Shown here: piece after piece, positions 16,928 through 27,023 of the stretch
How the letters are laid out: every line of letters begins with the position of its first letter
Position numbering within the stretch: the first letter of the stretch is position 1
NCBI GenBank assembly: GCA_964586285.1
Contig: CAZPHU010000001.1
Location: 63,463 to 127,462 of the forward strand
DNA: 64,000 bases
From: an uncultured Fibrobacterota bacterium
GTDB lineage: Bacteria; Fibrobacterota; Chitinivibrionia; Chitinivibrionales; CAYFVL01
Reading direction: 5' to 3'
Notes under the pieces: generated by a model
Told to the model about the DNA's origin: nothing
Databases searched by the model: none
What the model saw: only the letters and a program-made list of their open reading frames with translations
Made by a program: the position numbers and the translations under genes

Positions 16928-19345
16928 TCAGGAACCCATGATTACTTCGACTTTATGGGTTTTGCCGTCAGTGAAAATAGGAATGACATTTCCTTGGATT
17001 TCTTTTCCGTCTACCTTGATGTATGAGATTCCTCTACTTACATGATTAGGATTTTTTACATCTATTTCAAAAGCAGCATCTCTAAACCGTCTGGTAACCG
17101 AAAAGCCATCCCACTCTCGAGGAATACATGGATCGATTTCGAGCCCCTGATGATTCGGACGAATACCCAGGATATACTTGGTTCCGGCCTGATAGGTCCA
17201 GGATGAAGTACCACTGAGCCAGCTGTTTCTGCCCAGTCCGAACTGAGGATGTTCGTCGGCAAGAATATTCTGTGCATAAACATACGGCTCGATTTCGTAC
17301 ATCTCGACGATATCGTTCTTTGCGGCCGGGTTAATCTGATCGTAGTATTGAAAAGCACGATCACCGTTACCCATCATGGTTTCGGCTATCATCACCCATG
17401 GATTCGTATGAAGGAAAATACCGCAGTTTTCTTTTGCTCCGGGAGGATAGGTGGACACACCGCCTACTCCTTCTACAAAGCCGTTATAACCGGGTGTTCC
17501 CAGCTTAATACCATTTTCGGTGTTTAAATTTTTATTTACCGAGTCCAATGCCTTCTTTGCCCGCTCCGGTGTGGCAAATCCGGAGAATACCGGCCATGAC
17601 TGTCCGTTTGTGTAAATCCGGCATACATCATTTTTACTTGATCCAAGCGGATTACCTTCTTTGTCGAAATACCTGATATACCACTCACCATCCCATGCAT
17701 GTTCATTAACACGCTTCTTCATGGTCTCGTAATATTCTGAATATTTCTTCTCAAGATCGCCGTCATTAAGGTATGCCGCAAGTTCAATCATATCTTTGAG
17801 AGCACGCCCATAAAGATTGGCGATAAAGAGAGATTCCGCACCAAGCGGCAGGTTCACGCTGTCGTTCCAGTCGGCATAGCCAAGAAGCGGAAGACCGTGC
17901 TTGCCAACATTGTTTTTGGTAAATTCGATTGCTCTCTGAAGGTGATCCATGACGGAACCCTTTTCGACGGGAGAGCCCTTCTTATCCTTTGTATAGTATG
18001 GGATTTCTTCTTTGAGATAGTCGTAATTTCCGGTTTCCTTGAGATAGTCGCATACTGCAAGTACTATCCACAGGTGATCATCACCGTAGTAGTCGACAAA
18101 ATCATCACCGTACTCGCCCGCTTCCCCTATGGACGCTTCCATACTCAACGGATTCATGGAGTGATATGCCGAACCGTTTGTTCTCTGGATGTGAAGCAGC
18201 ATGGAGATAAGCTCACGTCCCTCTTCCGGCACACTGGGCAAAATTCCAAGCACATCCTGAGCACTGTCACGAAAACCGATGCCGCGAGCCCCCATACCAA
18301 GTTGGTAGTATGAAAGGTAGCGTGACCAGTTTTTGGTGATGTAGCACTGACGCGGATTGTGTATGTTAAGCATGTGGTTCATGCTTGCGTTGGGCGTAGT
18401 GACCTGCATATGGGAAAGATATTCATCCCAGAAGGACTCCAGTGTTTTCAGTGCTTTTTCGACTTCTTGTTCCGAGCGGAATTTTTCGATCTGTCCCCGC
18501 GCCTTTTCTATATTTTCATCCTGCCCCAACTGAGTTATCAGCCTTTTAGTCTCACCCGGTTTTACTTCGCCCAGGTGATGAAGCAAAGCGCCAATGTTAT
18601 CTCCCCGATGAGCCTGGTAGTTGCTTAATTCATCTTCTTGCAATGCCTTGGGATTACTCCATGTACCGTATTCGTTTTCTCCAAGGAAATTTTTCCTGTC
18701 TGTTTCGAATGAAGAAACCGCATGATTCGATGTAAAGTAGTTGATTTTCACATCCCTGTTCATGAACGGATACTGGATCAATATTTTTAGATCCTTATCT
18801 TTGTCTACCAATCTGCTGATCATGGTCTGAGGAACCCAGTCGGCGTTGGTAAACTGCATGATAGCCATGGGATGGGTGTACTCGACCACCGGGATCACAT
18901 CTATTTCCCTGGCCTGTTCGCCAATATTGGTGATTTTTATATCTCTTACCTCACAGAAACTGTCGCGAGGAACAAAAATGGTTACTTCTGTGCGTATGTC
19001 GTAAAACTCCGAAACGATACGGGTGTAGCCAAGCCCGACATGGCATTCATACTTATCAAACGGATCGAGAGTCGGCACATAAAAAGGTGAGAATACACGA
19101 TATCCGCTTTTCTCCTTAACACGCACGTACAGAGTGGTTCCCTTGAATTCGGAGCTGGGCATTCCCTGAATGTACTTGGTGATGCGGTTGGATGCCGGGT
19201 CGCCTTTGCACAGAAGAGATCCCCCGGTATGGTCAACAAAACCACCGAACTTCAGTGTACCGATATAATTGATCCACTTGGTAGGCGTTTTGGGATTAGT
19301 AATCACATACTCTTTCCGAGGATCGTCAAAATAACCATATTTCAT
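16928..19345 (-). CDS. GH94 cellobiose (or chitobiose/cellodextrin) phosphorylase
   Basis: The 805-aa protein starts MKYGYFDDPRKEYVITNPKTPTKWINYIGT, the typical GH94 start, and has the size and overall pattern of cellobiose phosphorylases. It lies downstream of a GH1 beta-glucosidase. Confidence 0.88.
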   Translation of the reverse strand: MKYGYFDDPRKEYVITNPKTPTKWINYIGTLKFGGFVDHTGGSLLCKGDPASNRITKYIQGMPSSEFKGTTLYVRVKEKSGYRVFSPFYVPTLDPFDKYECHVGLGYTRIVSEFYDIRTEVTIFVPRDSFCEVRDIKITNIGEQAREIDVIPVVEYTHPMAIMQFTNADWVPQTMISRLVDKDKDLKILIQYPFMNRDVKINYFTSNHAVSSFETDRKNFLGENEYGTWSNPKALQEDELSNYQAHRGDNIGALLHHLGEVKPGETKRLITQLGQDENIEKARGQIEKFRSEQEVEKALKTLESFWDEYLSHMQVTTPNASMNHMLNIHNPRQCYITKNWSRYLSYYQLGMGARGIGFRDSAQDVLGILPSVPEEGRELISMLLHIQRTNGSAYHSMNPLSMEASIGEAGEYGDDFVDYYGDDHLWIVLAVCDYLKETGNYDYLKEEIPYYTKDKKGSPVEKGSVMDHLQRAIEFTKNNVGKHGLPLLGYADWNDSVNLPLGAESLFIANLYGRALKDMIELAAYLNDGDLEKKYSEYYETMKKRVNEHAWDGEWYIRYFDKEGNPLGSSKNDVCRIYTNGQSWPVFSGFATPERAKKALDSVNKNLNTENGIKLGTPGYNGFVEGVGGVSTYPPGAKENCGIFLHTNPWVMIAETMMGNGDRAFQYYDQINPAAKNDIVEMYEIEPYVYAQNILADEHPQFGLGRNSWLSGTSSWTYQAGTKYILGIRPNHQGLEIDPCIPREWDGFSVTRRFRDAAFEIDVKNPNHVSRGISYIKVDGKEIQGNVIPIFTDGKTHKVEVIMGS

Positions 19346-19461
19346 AGATTATCCCTTCCCAAACACTATTTGAATGGTTGTTCTTGCGGTATACAAAGCT
19401 ATTAAATTACATTTTGGCAACAAAAATACAAAGTGAGAATGATCGGAATTGCCCAAGATCT

Positions 19462-20811
19462 CTACAAATCAGCCCCACGTGATGCAATAAGATCTCTATA
19501 AAAAAAGGCCGAATCTTTAAGGGTCCTTTTAAGCGTCGTGAAATCTACGTGAATCAATCCGAAGCGCTCCTTATAGCCCTGTGCCCATTCGAAATTATCC
19601 ATTATCGACCAATAGAAGTAACCTCTCATATCGATGTTTTCATCCGTTGCCCGCCGAAGATTTTGCAAATACCGAGCCATAAAATCTATTCTTCCCTTAT
19701 CATGGACATTGCCGTCAAGGCTGACCCAGTCGCGCATAGAGATCCCATTTTCCATTATGTACATGGGCATCTTATAGCGCTCATGTATAAAACGAGGCGT
19801 CCAGTACATTGATTCCGGCACCACGTACCAGTTAAGTCCGGTCATCGGAAATCCGGGACTAAAAGGTATATCTCTGGGCTCTCCATTCTCCCCCGCCCGG
19901 GCAGTGTTGCCGTAATAGATATTCACGCCCAGAAAATCTATCCGCTCGGAGATAACCTTCAGATCATCCTGGGGAAATGAAATCATACGATCTCCGAAAA
20001 CTTTCCCCTCATCCGGATAACGACCGAATACCACAGGATCCAGCCACCATGAGTTGCTCCACAAGTCATCGGAGTGAGTCTCAAACATCTTTTGACGCGC
20101 AGCCTGGATGTTCTGCTCGGTTTCATCCTGCGGTATCGTATTTACCGGCGCAACCACATAACCCACATTAGCCGGGCGACGCGCAAATGCCCGGATTGTC
20201 TGAACACTCTTCCCATGCGCCAGGAGAACATGATGGGCCAGACGAACGAGTTCGGAGATTTCGTACTTCTGCCCGGGAGCATGTGCCCCGTTGTGGTATC
20301 CACATTCGACAAACACCTGTGGCTCATTGAATGTCATCCAGTTGGTTACACGATCCGACAGCTTCTCGACCACAATTTTTGTGTACTGTGCAAACCAGTC
20401 GGCACTGCATCGATTGAGCCATCCTCCCCTGCAAAACAGCTCATGTGGCATATCCCAGTGATACAGTGTCACATAAGGATCTATCCCCTTCTCAAGCAGA
20501 CTGTCTACAAGCCTGTCGTAAAAATCCAGCCCTTTATGATTTACCGCTCCCGTGCCCGCCGGCAAGACTCTCGGCCAGCTGATTGAAAACCGATAGGCCC
20601 CAATGCCAATCTGTTCCATTAACTGAACGTCTTCTTTATATTTATGGTAGTGATCGCAGGCGACGTTACCATTCTCATTCCCAAAAATGGCTTGAGGCTT
20701 CCTGCAGTGAACATCCCAGACAGATACACCTTTGCCGTCCTCAAAGGCAGCGCCTTCTATCTGGTACGACGATGATGCTGCTCCCCAGACAAACGATTCC
20801 GAAAAACTCAT
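19462..20811 (-). CDS. GH1 beta-glucosidase
   Basis: The start FVWGAASSSYQIEGA, the acid/base motif TFNEP and the nucleophile motif YIMENG are all present. Length is 449 aa. Confidence 0.9.
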   Translation of the reverse strand: MSFSESFVWGAASSSYQIEGAAFEDGKGVSVWDVHCRKPQAIFGNENGNVACDHYHKYKEDVQLMEQIGIGAYRFSISWPRVLPAGTGAVNHKGLDFYDRLVDSLLEKGIDPYVTLYHWDMPHELFCRGGWLNRCSADWFAQYTKIVVEKLSDRVTNWMTFNEPQVFVECGYHNGAHAPGQKYEISELVRLAHHVLLAHGKSVQTIRAFARRPANVGYVVAPVNTIPQDETEQNIQAARQKMFETHSDDLWSNSWWLDPVVFGRYPDEGKVFGDRMISFPQDDLKVISERIDFLGVNIYYGNTARAGENGEPRDIPFSPGFPMTGLNWYVVPESMYWTPRFIHERYKMPMYIMENGISMRDWVSLDGNVHDKGRIDFMARYLQNLRRATDENIDMRGYFYWSIMDNFEWAQGYKERFGLIHVDFTTLKRTLKDSAFFYRDLIASRGADL

Positions 20812-21489
20812 CCCTTATTCTTATTCCCTTCAAGCAAACGTAAAAACTAACTCAATGAATTAATTCACGATACCGGTGCAATCCCGGATTACCCATTCGG
20901 AAAGATGGAAGGTGGAAATAGCCGCTCCCTTTTAAGCAATTGCTTCTTTTTCCTGAACGAAGCGAACAAAAATACAATCGATGTAAAGAGGTACCATTAA
21001 AAATCAGGTAAAGGAGTAAACATGTGAATCAATTTTTAGGAAACTTTATGAACAAATCATCTAATTGTTTTAGAACCCAAGCGGCGGTTGAAGAGAATCA
21101 TCACTTTGTAAGACCATAGATGAGTATATAAGGGTTTCCCTGAAGCCAAAAAGAGATGCATGCAATTTGTTACGATCTTTACAACAAATACCACGCGTTT
21201 CTTTTCTGAGCGAACCTCCAGGGTCTCGGGCACCTTGTGCGCAGCGGCAAAATGCAAAATAGAAGGGAAAAATGCATTGATCGGATCGATCTTGGGTGGA
21301 CTTTGCGCGACGTTATCAACTTATACCTTTTATTTTCTTAGACGAAAAGTTAAAATGGAAACTAAAGTCCCCAATATTTTTTGGGGATTCTTGAGGTCAT
21401 GCTGATTCTTATTGATATACACATATGGAATAAACGCGGATACATAAAACGAACTTGAATCCGCTGTTTTGCCAAAAGGAAATGCTCCC

Positions 21490-22179
21490 ATGAATTCACC
21501 TTCTATTTGGTACAAACTGGCTATTATTGTTTTCGCATTTTTTCTCTCCAGAGTTTCAGTCCAAGGCTCCACTCCCCACCACGAGTTTACAATCCGTACG
21601 GACAGCCTTTTTCTGCTTTCCGATTCAACACAGAAGACCATAGTCAGTGCGCGCAAATCGGCTCGTACGGTCTATCAGGCGACTACGGTAAAAACCATTT
21701 CCTGCTCGTTAGAGGAAGCCTTATATGTTTTGGATAATTTCAACCAAACCGCACCTCAATTGCCGTATGTACGTAAATTTAAACATTTAACTGAGGCAAT
21801 GTCCAAAAAAAATCGGCGCTCGTTTCTGCTTGTGGTGGGAATTCCTCTTGCGGTAAGCTGGTTTGTCGGGGAAATGCCTGAGCCTCAAACAACGGGGGAG
21901 GGGGAAGTTTTCTACCGCCTTAACAAGATCGATTGTTCCCTGGAAGCGGCATCCTATGCCAGTCAAACAGGGGGACTGATAAAAGTCAGATACCATTCGT
22001 TCCAAATGTATTTTCGTCTAAAACGGATAGGTACAGATCGGACTCGAATCATGCTCACCAGCTTTGTTGAACCAACTATCTGGATTCCCCGCTGGTTGTA
22101 TAGAATCGTGGCTAAAAAGGTTTTCCCCGACATGTTGTCCGGATTCGAGGAAATTGTTTTTGATAATCGAGGGGAATGA
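21490..22179 (+). CDS. Hypothetical secreted or membrane protein, START/SRPBCC-like
   Basis: The ATG at 21490 follows AAGGAAA. An N-terminal hydrophobic segment is present. The C-terminus, ...TRIMLTSFVEPTIWIPRWLYRIVAKKVFPDML, resembles the C-terminal helix region of START-like lipid-binding domains. Confidence 0.4.
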   Translation: MNSPSIWYKLAIIVFAFFLSRVSVQGSTPHHEFTIRTDSLFLLSDSTQKTIVSARKSARTVYQATTVKTISCSLEEALYVLDNFNQTAPQLPYVRKFKHLTEAMSKKNRRSFLLVVGIPLAVSWFVGEMPEPQTTGEGEVFYRLNKIDCSLEAASYASQTGGLIKVRYHSFQMYFRLKRIGTDRTRIMLTSFVEPTIWIPRWLYRIVAKKVFPDMLSGFEEIVFDNRGE

Positions 22180-22552
22180 AACTCAAAATAACTGCGCCAA
22201 GTATATTAACACCCATGAAGGAATTTTTTCCCATGAAGCTTTCAAATCGTGGCAATTTTAGGGCTTAAATAAATCACTCCAATAGTCGAATTTACCTTGA
22301 ACAGGAAAATTTTCCTGCCGTCGAAGGCAGGAACGCGCAAAATTCATATTATATTGAGCCGTTTCTATGAAGATGTGTATAATTAGCACGGAATCGCTGG
22401 TTTGGTGACTTTTGTGCCGTATCTTCTCACCTATTCCATCTAATTACTCCAAACTCAATGCTCCAAACTCGGTACTTATTATATATATTTATGACATTCA
22501 ATTTTTCCATCGATTGATTGTTTACAGCCTCCTTCTTAAGGAATAATCGGTT

Positions 22553-23860
22553 ATGCCCAAGAGTTCTATCCGAAATGCTCTGCTTTTTTGTATGCTCGCA
22601 GGAAGTGTCGTCTGCCTTTCAGCCCAGAAAATTACAGGTGTTGCGCGGCTGATGTTAAACTCTCCTGCAACACACGAACATAGACAGCAAATCAAAGCTC
22701 TTGCTCTGGACAGCCTCAAAGGCTCAATTGTCGAGTGGATGGAACAGACTCATAGACGAGTTCCTGATTCGACGCGCCCAGTCGAGTGGCATCATTTCAT
22801 GTCTTTTGTCGAAGAGTGTGCCAAATCGGGTGAAAAGGAGTCGTTTGTCGAGCAACGCGAGTGGACTCTGCGTATAGAAGTGGCGCCCGACAGGCTTGTG
22901 TCTCTTCTGGACGATCATAACGCCAGGGTTAAGCCCCTGGCACTCAAGTACTGGGCCCTGGCTCAGGAAGGTATAAAACACAACCGCGCTACGGTTATTT
23001 TTACCGGCTCCGTGCATACGCTTTATCATGCGCTGGGTTACCTTGGAGCGCCTTTTCTGATAGAAAGAAATAACGAACCCATCGACTTAAAAGAAGAGTC
23101 GCGCAAAGCGCTTCAGCAGGTGCTGGACAGCCTCAAAATTCAGTATAGTTCTTTTATAATAAAGGGAAAGCCGGGCAATTCTCCGGATAATTTCGTAACC
23201 ATAACAGCGGCAATAGATTCAGTTCCTCTGGCGGGTCTTCCTTTCACCGCAAGCCTTCCAAACGGGCGCCATCTATTCAAAGTCCAGACCGGTACCGACG
23301 GCACGACTCCCCTTGGCGAATTTTCTATACCATTTGTTCCTTACGGCACGTTTCTTCATATCCAGCCGAATCTGGGGGGAATTGTCAAACCATCCCTTCA
23401 CTTCGGCCTTGCCGATTTCGGACTTGCTCCCGGAGAGGGACACGATCAGACTTTAATTTTCAATATTGTAAAGCAGTCTTATACATTGGATTACAAGGTT
23501 TCGGGTGGAAGTCAGATGAATGTCCCGCAGAATTTCGTCAACGGGCAACTGGTGAGAAATTTCCTTGAGGATTCCTGCAATCTGATCCAGTCCTCAAGCT
23601 CCAACCCCTCTGATCTTGAAATCGTAATCCAGACCCAGGTTTCCAGCTACACTTTCGACAGCCGCGAAGAGACGGAAATTAAGGCGGAGGTGCTGGCGAA
23701 AGTCAAACAGCTTCAAAGCGGGGGGAATCAGGTTGAGAAGACCTATGTACTTAATCAAAAGGTATTCGACAGCAATCACGAAATCCCAACCGGTCTCTTT
23801 TTCTGGGAAACGACTTCTTCTTTGCGCAATTTGCTTAGGGATATGCTCAACAGCCTATAA
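22553..23860 (+). CDS. Secreted hypothetical protein (435 aa)
   Basis: It has a signal peptide (ALLFCMLAGSVVCLSAQ) and a long uninterrupted ORF. I recognise no family. Confidence 0.5.
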   Translation: MPKSSIRNALLFCMLAGSVVCLSAQKITGVARLMLNSPATHEHRQQIKALALDSLKGSIVEWMEQTHRRVPDSTRPVEWHHFMSFVEECAKSGEKESFVEQREWTLRIEVAPDRLVSLLDDHNARVKPLALKYWALAQEGIKHNRATVIFTGSVHTLYHALGYLGAPFLIERNNEPIDLKEESRKALQQVLDSLKIQYSSFIIKGKPGNSPDNFVTITAAIDSVPLAGLPFTASLPNGRHLFKVQTGTDGTTPLGEFSIPFVPYGTFLHIQPNLGGIVKPSLHFGLADFGLAPGEGHDQTLIFNIVKQSYTLDYKVSGGSQMNVPQNFVNGQLVRNFLEDSCNLIQSSSSNPSDLEIVIQTQVSSYTFDSREETEIKAEVLAKVKQLQSGGNQVEKTYVLNQKVFDSNHEIPTGLFFWETTSSLRNLLRDMLNSL

Positions 23861-23884
23861 CAACCGCAAACGGGGAGATAACTC

Positions 23885-26143
23885 GTGCCGATTTTCAATA
23901 TGGCCGGCCATTTGCCGAAGATAGCCGTAATAGGAAACCACTTACCACGCCAGTGTGGAATCGCCACCTTTACGACCGATCTGTGCGAATCTCTGGCACA
24001 TGAAATCGGACGCAGCGATCATGTCGGTGCTATCGCCATGGATGATACGCTGGACGGCTACGCCTACCCTCCTACAGTAAAATTCCAGATTCAGGCACAA
24101 CGCCAGGCCGATTATCTCAGGGCGGCCGAGTTCGTAAACGTAAGCGATTTCGATGCGCTTATTCTTCAACATGAATACGGTATTTTCGGGGGAAAATCGG
24201 GCGCATATATTATTCATCTTCTTAAACAGCTGCGTATGCCGATAATCGCCACGCTGCATACGGTTCTCGATGAGCCAACACAAGAGCAACGAAACATTTT
24301 GATTGATCTGGCAAACTATTGCGCCAGGCTGGTGGTCATGAGTGAGCGGGCAATTGATATTCTCAAAGACGTCTACGACATTCCCGAGGAAAAGGTTAAG
24401 CTAATTCCTCACGGGATTCCCGATCTGCCTTTCGTTGACCCCAGTTTTCACAAGGATCAATTCGGCGTGGAGCGAAACAAGGTGATGCTTACATTCGGAC
24501 TGCTCGGCCCGGGTAAAGGGATCGAGCACATGATTGACGCAATGCCCTCGATCATAAAAAAACATCCGGATATCATTTACATAGTTTTGGGTGCAACGCA
24601 TCCGCATATTAAAAAGGTTTCGGGGGATGCATACCGTCATACGCTTCAACAGAAAGTTGCGCAGCTTGGTATAGGGGACCATGTTCAGTTTCACAATCAG
24701 TTTGTCACGCTTGATATGCTCTGTCAGTACATCGGAGCGGCGGACGTTTACGTTACTCCTTATCTGTCGCCCAAACAGATCACCTCTGGTACTTTGGCAT
24801 ACACCATGGGGGCAGGTAAGGCGGTTGTATCAACCCCATACTGGTATGCCGAGGAACTTATCGGCAAGGATCGGGGACGATTGGTGCCTTTTGCCGATCC
24901 GGAAGCCATCGGCGAGCAGGTGGTTGATCTGTTGTCGGATGATCATGAGCGCAATTCTTTACGAAAGCGCGCTTATCAGCATTGTCGCCCGATGGTATGG
25001 AAAGAGGTTGCCAGGAGCTATCTCGAACTAATCAACGAAACGATAAAAGAGCGTATCAGATTCCCCCAACCCCACTACGGCGAAACTTTCCTGACCACAA
25101 TCATAGATGAGCTTCCGGAGGTCAGATTAAAGCATCTGGAAGTACTCACAGACGATACTGGCATCGTGCAGCATGCCAAGTATGCCACACCCAACCGTTT
25201 CGAGGGCTACTGCACCGACGACAATGCGCGAGCGCTTATCGCGGCATGTATGCATTATCATCAGAGCGAGGACGATTCGGTAATTCCCCTTATCCACCGC
25301 TACCTTTCATTCCTTCATCACTCCTACAACCCGGATGAGAAAATGTTCAGGAATTTTATGTCTTACGACAGGCGGTGGCTGGAGGAGGTTGGCAGTGAGG
25401 ATTCTCAGGGGCGAACCATTTGGGCGCTCGGGGCGGCCGTGAGGTTCTCTCCCAATTCCTCTATTCGCGATCATGCCACGCACCTTTTCTCCCACGGTCT
25501 TCCCATGCTGGAAACGCTTAGTGCTCCAAGGGCATGGGCATTTTCTATCATAGGGCTTCACCACTACCTGGCTATATACGGTGGAGATGCCTCGGCGCGG
25601 CGTTCCAGAAATGAGCTTGCCGAAAGGCTGTTTTCGCTCTACCGTAAGAACAAAGACAAGTCGTGGATGTGGTTTGAGGATGTGGTGACTTATTCAAACG
25701 CCAAGCTCTCCCACGCCCTCATACTTGCGGGACAATGGATACCAAACGGCAAGATGTTTAACGCCGGCCTGGAATCGCTTCAATGGCTTCTTGAGCAGCA
25801 AATTCACCCCGACGGTCATCTAAGTCTTATCGGTAACGCCAGATGGTTTAGACGAAACGGCGAGAAATCCAATTTCGATCAACAGCCGGTGGATGCGATG
25901 TGTTTAGTGGAGGCGTGCGTTGAGGCGTACAGGGTTACCCGTGACAAGCAGTGGCTTGAGTATGCGCGGTTATGTTTCGCGTGGTTTCTTGGCCGCAATG
26001 ACCTTAAAACTCCCATGTACAATTTTAACACCGACGGCTGCCATGACGGTCTGGAGCCCGACGGAGTAAATGCCAATCAGGGCGCGGAGTCTACACTCGC
26101 ATGGTTGATATCGGTGCTGACTATGAAAGAGATGCTTGGCTGA
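23885..26143 (+). CDS. GT4 glycosyltransferase fused to a ~350-aa uncharacterised helical C-terminal domain
   Basis: The N-half reads KIAVIGNHLPRQCGIATFT...LTFGLLGPGKGIE...YVTPYLSPKQITSGTLAYTMGAGKAVVSTP (GT-B, EX7E-region like). The C-half is rich in W/H/Y-containing helices (alpha/alpha-barrel-like). The GTG start lies 7 nt after GGGGAG. Confidence 0.75.
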   Translation: MPIFNMAGHLPKIAVIGNHLPRQCGIATFTTDLCESLAHEIGRSDHVGAIAMDDTLDGYAYPPTVKFQIQAQRQADYLRAAEFVNVSDFDALILQHEYGIFGGKSGAYIIHLLKQLRMPIIATLHTVLDEPTQEQRNILIDLANYCARLVVMSERAIDILKDVYDIPEEKVKLIPHGIPDLPFVDPSFHKDQFGVERNKVMLTFGLLGPGKGIEHMIDAMPSIIKKHPDIIYIVLGATHPHIKKVSGDAYRHTLQQKVAQLGIGDHVQFHNQFVTLDMLCQYIGAADVYVTPYLSPKQITSGTLAYTMGAGKAVVSTPYWYAEELIGKDRGRLVPFADPEAIGEQVVDLLSDDHERNSLRKRAYQHCRPMVWKEVARSYLELINETIKERIRFPQPHYGETFLTTIIDELPEVRLKHLEVLTDDTGIVQHAKYATPNRFEGYCTDDNARALIAACMHYHQSEDDSVIPLIHRYLSFLHHSYNPDEKMFRNFMSYDRRWLEEVGSEDSQGRTIWALGAAVRFSPNSSIRDHATHLFSHGLPMLETLSAPRAWAFSIIGLHHYLAIYGGDASARRSRNELAERLFSLYRKNKDKSWMWFEDVVTYSNAKLSHALILAGQWIPNGKMFNAGLESLQWLLEQQIHPDGHLSLIGNARWFRRNGEKSNFDQQPVDAMCLVEACVEAYRVTRDKQWLEYARLCFAWFLGRNDLKTPMYNFNTDGCHDGLEPDGVNANQGAESTLAWLISVLTMKEMLG

Positions 26144-26233
26144 TCGGCGCCCCCCAAGCGCAAGATTAGTTGAAAGCTAATTGTGCAATCCCCAGGTACC
26201 GCAACGAGTATAATTTGCTGAATACCGCACCCG

Positions 26234-26845
26234 CTACTCCTTGGCAATCTCGTCTGCCGTCCAGCTTAGGAAACTTTGCCAGAACCGTTCCCTGCTGTCG
26301 TGCTGCTCTACACTGTAGCATACACCCTGGTGTTGAAGCGTGAAGATTTTATGAAAAGCCTTCATCTGTTCTTTATGTTTGGAGCGCTTGATCTTGTCAC
26401 ACTTGGTGAAAACCGGGAAGAAAGGCAAATGCAATGATCGTATCCACTCATATGCCTGCAAATCGGCATCCGTGCCCGGGTGGCGAATATCCAGAAGCCA
26501 GATTATTCCCGAGAGGTTTTCTCTTGTAGAGCAGTAATCGGCAATAAGCTTCGACCAGCGGACTTTCTCCGTTTTAGACGTTTTGGCGTAGCCGTAACCG
26601 GGAAGGTCGACCCAAAAAAGCTCGGGAGTGATTCGAAAAAAATTGGCCAAGCTGGTCTTTCCCGGTTTCCTGGAGACCATCGCCAGTTTTCTGTTTTCCA
26701 TTACGTGGTTTATAAAGGATGACTTTCCGACATTCGAGCGGCCGAGAATACAATACTCGGTTCCGACCGGCTTTGGAAAATCCTTCCTTGTGGCCGCCGA
26801 GAGTACGAATGCAGCATTCTTTATCATCAGTGTTTGATTATCCAT
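26234..26845 (-). CDS. engB: Ribosome-biogenesis GTPase YihA/EngB
   Basis: G1 (GRSNVGKSSFIN), G3 (DLPGYGYA) and G4 (TKCDK) motifs are present. Length is 203 aa. Confidence 0.9.
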   Translation of the reverse strand: MDNQTLMIKNAAFVLSAATRKDFPKPVGTEYCILGRSNVGKSSFINHVMENRKLAMVSRKPGKTSLANFFRITPELFWVDLPGYGYAKTSKTEKVRWSKLIADYCSTRENLSGIIWLLDIRHPGTDADLQAYEWIRSLHLPFFPVFTKCDKIKRSKHKEQMKAFHKIFTLQHQGVCYSVEQHDSRERFWQSFLSWTADEIAKE

Positions 26846-27023
26846 ACGGGTTATGATCCAGTCCCAGGAGTTAATGTGAGATCCCGCGAATGACCGCGGC
26901 CGATTCTGTTTATTATTTTCGAATAGAAATGTAATCTATTGAACGCAATTATCTTAGGGATAGAATATATATTCTGTTTTAAACAGCACTTATATACAAG
27001 GGTTTGGGGGGTAAGGTACTATT

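Noticed and set aside
21024-21119. 31-codon ORF (GTG start) with a strong AAAGGAG SD in the long region upstream of the GH1 operon. The 66-108-aa ORFs at 21057-21656 were also considered.
   Set aside because: It is too short, and conservation cannot be checked here. The larger ORFs overlap each other on opposite strands and lack translation signals. The 21160-21405 product may be a gene fragment, but I cannot support that.
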